NCBI GenBank assembly: GCA_958296135.2
Contig: CATQHZ020000001.1
Coordinates: 2,528,001-2,592,000, forward strand
Reading direction: 5' to 3'
DNA: 64,000 nt
Source: an uncultured Poribacteria bacterium
Lineage (GTDB): Bacteria > Poribacteria > WGA-4E > WGA-3G
Within the stretch, counting starts at the first letter, position 1; every line of letters begins with the position of its first letter. Below the pieces are notes generated by a model. That model searched no databases, was not told the DNA's origin, and saw nothing but the letters and a program-made list of their open reading frames with translations. Positions 58,860-64,000 of the stretch are shown piece after piece. Both the position numbers and the translations under genes were made by a program.

Positions 58860-59088
58860 GTCAAAATGCACACTGCTAGATTAGGGTAGGTTCTCCTAGT
58901 ATCTCATAGATTCATCGCCACTGCACCGAGCCCTAACAATCGCGGGGGACAGGCCCCCGCGCTACGTTATGAGAAGGCTAACTTGAATTGGCAAGCGACA
59001 GACAGATACAGAAAACAGATATAGAAATCTAGCCTGACAAAAAAATGCACATTATGATATAATACCCGAAAACGCACAGGATGTCAAC

Positions 59089-59823
59089 GTGAATTTGCTC
59101 CTCCAAAGATTACGAGAAAAATATCTGCACAACTGGGAACGACAGGCAACGCTGATTTTGCTCGCCGCTGCGCTTCTCCTGACACTGCACCGGTACTACA
59201 GCCGCACACGGTTCTTTCGGAGCCACTTCGCGACGTATTTTGAAAATTTCCCGCTGGCAGAGAGCTATCCTTACTACTACTGGTTTTTGACAACCGCCCT
59301 CACGCTGTTCCTCCTGCCGGCTCTCGTCGCCAAATTTGGAACAAAGACGCGGCTTTGCGATTACGGACTTCGGTTCGGTAATCAGAAACTCGGTTGGAGT
59401 GTGACAGCAGCGGCGTGGATAGTCATGATACCTGTTGTGATTGGCGCGGTGCTCGTGTATCCACCCTTCCTCGCAAAGTATCCGCTTTGCAAGGCCGTCT
59501 CGGCAAGCTGGCAGGCGTTCCTGCCGTATCAACTCGCCTACGGCGTTTACATGTTCTCGTGGGAATTTTTCTTCCGTGGATTCATGCTGTTCGGGCTGGA
59601 GCGGCGATTCGGGAACTACAGCATCCTCATTCAGACGATTCCGTTTGCGGTGATGCACTATTCCAAACCGATGCCGGAGGCCATCGGTTCAATCGTTGCA
59701 GGCGTATTGCTCGGCGTGCTCGCGCTAGAGACGCGCTCTTTTCTTTATGGTGCAGCAATTCACTGGCTCGTCGCGATGACAATGGATGTCGTCGCTGTAA
59801 CCGTTTCGCATTTTGAAGGTTGA
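59089..59823 (+). CDS. CPBP/Abi (CAAX protease-like) intramembrane metalloprotease
   Basis: WEFFFRG, FAVMH and H motifs; promoter CTGACA..TATAAT upstream. Confidence 0.88.
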   Translation: MNLLLQRLREKYLHNWERQATLILLAAALLLTLHRYYSRTRFFRSHFATYFENFPLAESYPYYYWFLTTALTLFLLPALVAKFGTKTRLCDYGLRFGNQKLGWSVTAAAWIVMIPVVIGAVLVYPPFLAKYPLCKAVSASWQAFLPYQLAYGVYMFSWEFFFRGFMLFGLERRFGNYSILIQTIPFAVMHYSKPMPEAIGSIVAGVLLGVLALETRSFLYGAAIHWLVAMTMDVVAVTVSHFEG

Positions 59824-59945
59824 CAACTCCGGCATCTTGTTATAGGCCTAAACGAACCTCTATAGTTCGGGTTCGTATAAGGTTTCATAAAATAATCGGA
59901 CATTTTTTTTCTCCGCAGGGGCTGCTTGCGCGAGCCCCCTGGAAC

Positions 59946-60008
59946 GTAGCGCGGCGGCCTGTCCCCCGCGAGCACCGTAACCTAGCGAGGGACAGGCCCT
60001 CGCACTAC
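59946..60008. repeat. Inverted pair of GTAG REPs (REPIN-like)
   Basis: GTAGCGCGGCGGCCTGTCCCCCGCG followed by GCGAGGGACAGGCCCTCGCACTAC. Confidence 0.8.
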
Positions 60009-60053
60009 GGCCCCCAGCGATAGCTGCGGAAATAACACGAAGGAGATTTCTTT

Positions 60054-61997
60054 ATGGCTAACAATATTTTTCCACCGGTGGAGACAGCCTATCCTCTCAG
60101 TGCGGCGCACGTCAACAGTTTAGATGCCTATCAAGCGCAGTACGCCGAATCTATCCAAGATGCGGCAGCGTTCTGGGCAAACATCGCCGAACGGTTGACA
60201 TGGTACCAGAAATGGGATACGGTGCGCGACTACGATTTTGTCAACGGCGAAATCAAGTGGTTTGAGGGCGGCACGCTCAACGCATGCTATAACTGCCTAG
60301 ACCGGCACGTAGAAGCAGGGCACGGCGAGGCAACCGCGATTATCTGGGAAGGCAACGCGCCAGACGAAGATAAGCGGTTCACTTACAGCAAACTCCTCGC
60401 CGAGGTGAAAAAGTGCGCCAATGTGCTGAAAACGCAAGGCATCCACAAAGGCGACAGGGTGTGCATCTATCTCCAGATGGTGCCCGAACTAGCAATTGCG
60501 ATGCTAGCATGCGCGCGTATCGGGGCTATCCATTCCATCGTTTTCGGCGCGTTCTCGGCGGAATCCCTCCGCGACAGGATTAACGACTCGGCGTGTAAAC
60601 TGCTCATAACGCAAGATACCGCTATGCGCGGACACCGCCGCGACATCCCGATGAAAGCGAACGCCGACGCAGCAGTCGCCGAATGTCCCTCTATTGAGAA
60701 AATCGTCGTCGTGGAACGGACCGGCGACACAGTAGATTTTGACGACGCGCGCGATGTCTGGTGGCACCAAGCAATGGCAACCGCCGACGCAGAATGCCAA
60801 CCCGAACCGATGGATGCCGAAGAACCGCTTTTCATACTCTATACCTCCGGTTCCACAGGCAAACCGAAGGGCGTGCTGCATACCACCGGCGGTTATCTCG
60901 TTTACGCCGCCTACACGCACCAACAGGTTTTTGACTACCACGAAGGCGATGTCTATTGGTGCACGGCGGATATCGGCTGGATTACCGGGCACTCTTACAT
61001 TATCTACGGCCCGCTCGCAAACCGCGCCATTACCGTGATGTTTGAAGGTGTGCCGAATTATCCCGATTTCGGACGGTTCTGGCAGATCGTGGATAAACAT
61101 CGGATTAACATCTTCTACACCGCACCCACAGCACTGCGCGCCTTGATGAAAGAGGGCAGCAAATGGGTGGAGAACTCTGAGAGAATCTCGCTCAAATTGC
61201 TCGGCACAGTCGGCGAACCGATTAAGGAACCGGAATGGCTCTGGTATTACAACACCGTGGGCGAGAAACGGTGCCCCATCGTCGATACGTGGTGGCAAAC
61301 CGAGACCGGCGGAATTCTGATGACACCCCTGCCTGCAGCAACACCGTTGAAGCCGGGCTCAGCGACGTTCCCCTTCTTCGGCATCGAACCCGTTATTTTG
61401 GACGAAGCAGGCAACGAGGTAGAAGGCAATCCCGCGACCGGGTACCTCTGTATCAAAACGGCGTGGCCCGGCATCATGCGCACTATCTACGGAGATCATG
61501 AACGGTTCTTGGATACCTATTTCCGGCGGTTCCCCGGCTACTACATGACAGGCGACGGCGTGCTGCGCGACGAGGATGGCTACTATTGGATCACCGGTCG
61601 TGTTGACGACGTACTGAACGTCTCTGGGCACCGGCTCGGCACAGCGGAGGTAGAAGGCGCGATTGGACAACATTCAGCGGTGGCAGAAGCCGCTGTCGTC
61701 GGATACCCGCACGATATTAAGGGACAAGGCATCTACGCGTATGTCACCTTAATGACAGGCGAACCTGCCTCGGCGGCGGTAGAAACAGGGATCAAACTCG
61801 CGGTGCGTCAACATATTGGCCCCATCGCCACGCCGGACAAGATTCAGTTTACGCCAGCGTTGCCGAAAACCCGTTCCGGGAAGATCATGCGCCGTATCCT
61901 CCGCAAAATCGCCGAAGGCGACATCACCGAACTGGGCGACACCTCCACCCTCGCCGATCCGATGGTGGTTGACGCTTTAGTAGAAGGGCGGCAGTAG
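60054..61997 (+). CDS. acs: Acetyl-CoA synthetase
   Basis: [27 protein letters not shown] and [11 protein letters not shown] motifs. Confidence 0.97.
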   Translation: MANNIFPPVETAYPLSAAHVNSLDAYQAQYAESIQDAAAFWANIAERLTWYQKWDTVRDYDFVNGEIKWFEGGTLNACYNCLDRHVEAGHGEATAIIWEGNAPDEDKRFTYSKLLAEVKKCANVLKTQGIHKGDRVCIYLQMVPELAIAMLACARIGAIHSIVFGAFSAESLRDRINDSACKLLITQDTAMRGHRRDIPMKANADAAVAECPSIEKIVVVERTGDTVDFDDARDVWWHQAMATADAECQPEPMDAEEPLFILYTSGSTGKPKGVLHTTGGYLVYAAYTHQQVFDYHEGDVYWCTADIGWITGHSYIIYGPLANRAITVMFEGVPNYPDFGRFWQIVDKHRINIFYTAPTALRALMKEGSKWVENSERISLKLLGTVGEPIKEPEWLWYYNTVGEKRCPIVDTWWQTETGGILMTPLPAATPLKPGSATFPFFGIEPVILDEAGNEVEGNPATGYLCIKTAWPGIMRTIYGDHERFLDTYFRRFPGYYMTGDGVLRDEDGYYWITGRVDDVLNVSGHRLGTAEVEGAIGQHSAVAEAAVVGYPHDIKGQGIYAYVTLMTGEPASAAVETGIKLAVRQHIGPIATPDKIQFTPALPKTRSGKIMRRILRKIAEGDITELGDTSTLADPMVVDALVEGRQ

Positions 61998-62100
61998 ATG
62001 CGCAATCTCTATAAGGGCGGATTTCCATATCCGCCCGTTACTATTCTCGTAGGCGTGCTTTCATGAAATTTCAGAATTAAAACGGAAAATTTCCAAACCC

Positions 62101-62225
62101 CGGTAGCCCGTAGGAGAAACCTCCTCCGGTAGGAGAGACCTCCTGGTCTCGATGCACCCCGGTAGGAGAAACCTCCTGGTCTCGATGCACCCCTCCTGGT
62201 CTCGACTCCTCCCGGTCTCGATGCA
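62101..62225 (+). repeat. Tandem GTAGGAGARACCTCCTGGTCTCGATGCAC REP-like units
   Basis: Same family as 13026-13160. Confidence 0.8.
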
Positions 62226-62321
62226 TGCGATATCGGGCCAGGGATGTCCCGCCTACCGAAATTATCCGATTATTTTTTGAATCTTCACCTAAGCACGCAC
62301 CCAACACATCAGGAGCACAAA

Positions 62322-62816
62322 GTGGCATCAGCACAAAACATCGTTAACGAACTGAAAGAACGTGGCATCACGCACGCCGTAGGCGTTCCGGACAATGGCA
62401 GCGCGCGGATATACGAACTTTTACGCGCGCAACCAGATATTGAAGTCATCACAGTTACCCGTGAAGGAGAAGCGTTCGCCATTGCATCGGGATTATATGT
62501 CGGCGGGAAGCAGCCTGTCATCATCATCCAAAACACCGGCTTTTTAGAATCCGGCGACGCGATTCGCGGCACTGTCGTCAACATGCAGGTGCCGGTGGTA
62601 GTCCTCATCGGGTATCGCGGGTATCACAATCGCAACACCGAGGGGCAGTGGGTAGACTCCGTCGCCACCTTCCTTGAGCCGACGTTGAAGGCGTGGAACT
62701 TGCCTTACGAAATGCTGGAGACAGACGCGGATATCGGGTGCATCCCACGCGCCTTTGCAAAGGCAGAGGCAACATCGCTCCCCGCCGCGGTGCTACTCAT
62801 CGGGCACGCGAGATAG
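62322..62816 (+). CDS. TPP-enzyme PYR-domain protein, sulfopyruvate/phosphonopyruvate decarboxylase alpha-subunit-like
   Basis: GVPD, TREGEAFAIASG, IQNTG and GYRG motifs; CAGGAG RBS with a GTG start. Confidence 0.75.
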   Translation: MASAQNIVNELKERGITHAVGVPDNGSARIYELLRAQPDIEVITVTREGEAFAIASGLYVGGKQPVIIIQNTGFLESGDAIRGTVVNMQVPVVVLIGYRGYHNRNTEGQWVDSVATFLEPTLKAWNLPYEMLETDADIGCIPRAFAKAEATSLPAAVLLIGHAR

Positions 62817-62896
62817 AATAACACCCGTAGGGCGAGGGCTTGTCCCTCGCCGTGCCGCAAATTGCAAAAACCTGTCTGCATTCCCCAAAATATCAC

Positions 62897-62925
62897 TTGA
62901 CACTCGCAAACTTTCATGGTATACT
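62897..62925 (+). promoter_or_regulatory. sigma70 promoter
   Basis: TTGACA-17 bp-TATACT. Confidence 0.7.
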
Positions 62926-62960
62926 ACCCTTAACTAACATAAATGAAGGAGAAATCTGTT

Positions 62961-63824
62961 ATGAATACGTTTATCGCGGAAATGCTGCCGGGCATTGTCA
63001 CATCCCTGATTGCGACCGGAGTCGCCTTACTCGCATCATGGCTGTGGAGCCGAAAACGAAAACAGGACGAGCTCTCCAATCGGCTAGACCGGATGGAGAA
63101 TTCACAACGGAATTTCGCCGAGCGGATAGAGGCGGCATTTCAAAATCTGCGGGCCGAGCTCTCCAATCGGCTAGACCGGATGGAGAATTCGCAGCGAAAT
63201 TCTATCGAGCGGCTGGAGGCTTCGCAACAGAATCTAGCCGAGCAAATGGAGACTTTGAACCGCAATCTTACTGGGCGGCTTGACAACGTCGAAAAAAGCC
63301 TAGAAGTCAATTTTGAAGTCCTCTCCGACAAATTTGACACCCTCTCCGAAAAGTTCGACAACCTGGCCAAGGAAGTCAAACTGTTCAAAAGGGAGGTGGT
63401 GGCAAAATTCGATGCACTGTCCGCCAGTGTTGCCGCAACGAAAGTGGCACTTGAAGCCAAATTCGAGGCGTTGTCCATCACCGTCGCCCTCTCCAAAAAG
63501 GAACTTGAGGGAAAATTTGACCAGCTGGCCGCAGATGTCGCCCTCTTTCAAACGGAGATGGAACGCAAAATGGCAAACCTCGCGGGCAAATTTGACGCGC
63601 TATCCGCGGATGTCAACGTATCAAAAACGGAGATGGCGCAGAAACTCGCCGCCCTATCCGACAGCGTCGCCGAAACGAAAAAGGAGCTGGAAGCGAAAAT
63701 AGACGCACTCGCGGGCAAATTTGACGCGATGGCGTTGAGCGTCGCCGCAGCGCAGAAGGGACAAAAAAGTGAAAAAACACACCGTGCTCAGCAAGCCGCA
63801 ACGCGAGAATTCCGTGAAAAATAG
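62961..63824 (+). CDS. N-terminally anchored coiled-coil repeat protein
   Basis: TM helix, duplicated ELSNRLDRMENSQRN and repeated KFDAL..V units; AAGGAG RBS. Confidence 0.8.
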   Translation: MNTFIAEMLPGIVTSLIATGVALLASWLWSRKRKQDELSNRLDRMENSQRNFAERIEAAFQNLRAELSNRLDRMENSQRNSIERLEASQQNLAEQMETLNRNLTGRLDNVEKSLEVNFEVLSDKFDTLSEKFDNLAKEVKLFKREVVAKFDALSASVAATKVALEAKFEALSITVALSKKELEGKFDQLAADVALFQTEMERKMANLAGKFDALSADVNVSKTEMAQKLAALSDSVAETKKELEAKIDALAGKFDAMALSVAAAQKGQKSEKTHRAQQAATREFREK

Positions 63825-63852
63825 TACCCATGCCGCTATTGAAGAAGATAGA

Positions 63853-64000
63853 GTGAACACGGAATCCCAATCCCTGCTCAACTCCGTAAAGGAATGGTTC
63901 AACCGCCCCGAAGAACTCTCCCAACGCAGCAACGAAGCGGACAACGGACTCTCCAAAGCCGAACAGGCATTCGTTGATGCGCTCCCGGCAGGTAGCCGAT
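63853..64000 (+). CDS. Partial ORF at window edge, possibly a class I SAM methyltransferase
   Basis: GTG start, open to the edge; ends ...AEQAFVDALPAGSR, which resembles the segment before motif I. Confidence 0.4.
   Translation, partial: MNTESQSLLNSVKEWFNRPEELSQRSNEADNGLSKAEQAFVDALPAGSR

Larger units (their letters stand above)
57458..58927 (-). mobile_element. Non-autonomous TnpB-only element, probably IS607-like
   Basis: Single tnpB and no tnpA. Both inferred ends abut GG on the minus strand and carry roughly phased AAYCTR-like subterminal repeats. Boundaries are inferred. Confidence 0.6.

Noticed and set aside
57458-58927. IStron (group I intron-IS hybrid) or nuclease-dead TnpB (TldR)
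   Set aside because: There is no room for an intron core, the element is intergenic, and all three RuvC acidic residues are intact.

Overview
This is a GC-rich bacterial chromosome segment, mostly core genes on the minus strand. The GTAG-palindrome arrays, TPR proteins and a giant lamin-tail protein with an 'LTT(W/F)G..K' C-terminus suggest Candidatus Poribacteria or a relative; this is inference, with no database search. In order it contains: an unusual complex I locus (nuoABCD, a secreted hypothetical protein, a VOC gene, nuoEFGH, no nuoI, nuoJKLM, a Na+/H+ antiporter-family gene, nuoN); pdxH, trkAH and gcvTHP; an accessory block with two tandem TPR + PD-(D/E)XK-like nuclease gene pairs, an amidohydrolase and a methyltransferase-endonuclease fusion; the rimP-nusA-ylxR-infB-rbfA-nrnA-ribF-rpsO-pnp operon without truB; a CCA/poly(A) nucleotidyltransferase; a 1421-aa lamin-tail protein bracketed by two large REP mosaics; a TnpB-only IS607-like element with a structured leader; acs; and a few small genes. 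The most notable observations are GTAG-type palindromic repeats inserted in frame inside housekeeping genes and supplying stop codons, the duplicated TPR-nuclease module (candidate defence or regulated-nuclease system), inverted repeats flanking nuoK, the pseudoknot-like tnpB leader, and a poly-C tract in the leader of the lamin-tail gene. No rRNA, tRNA, CRISPR array or reverse transcriptase was recognised.
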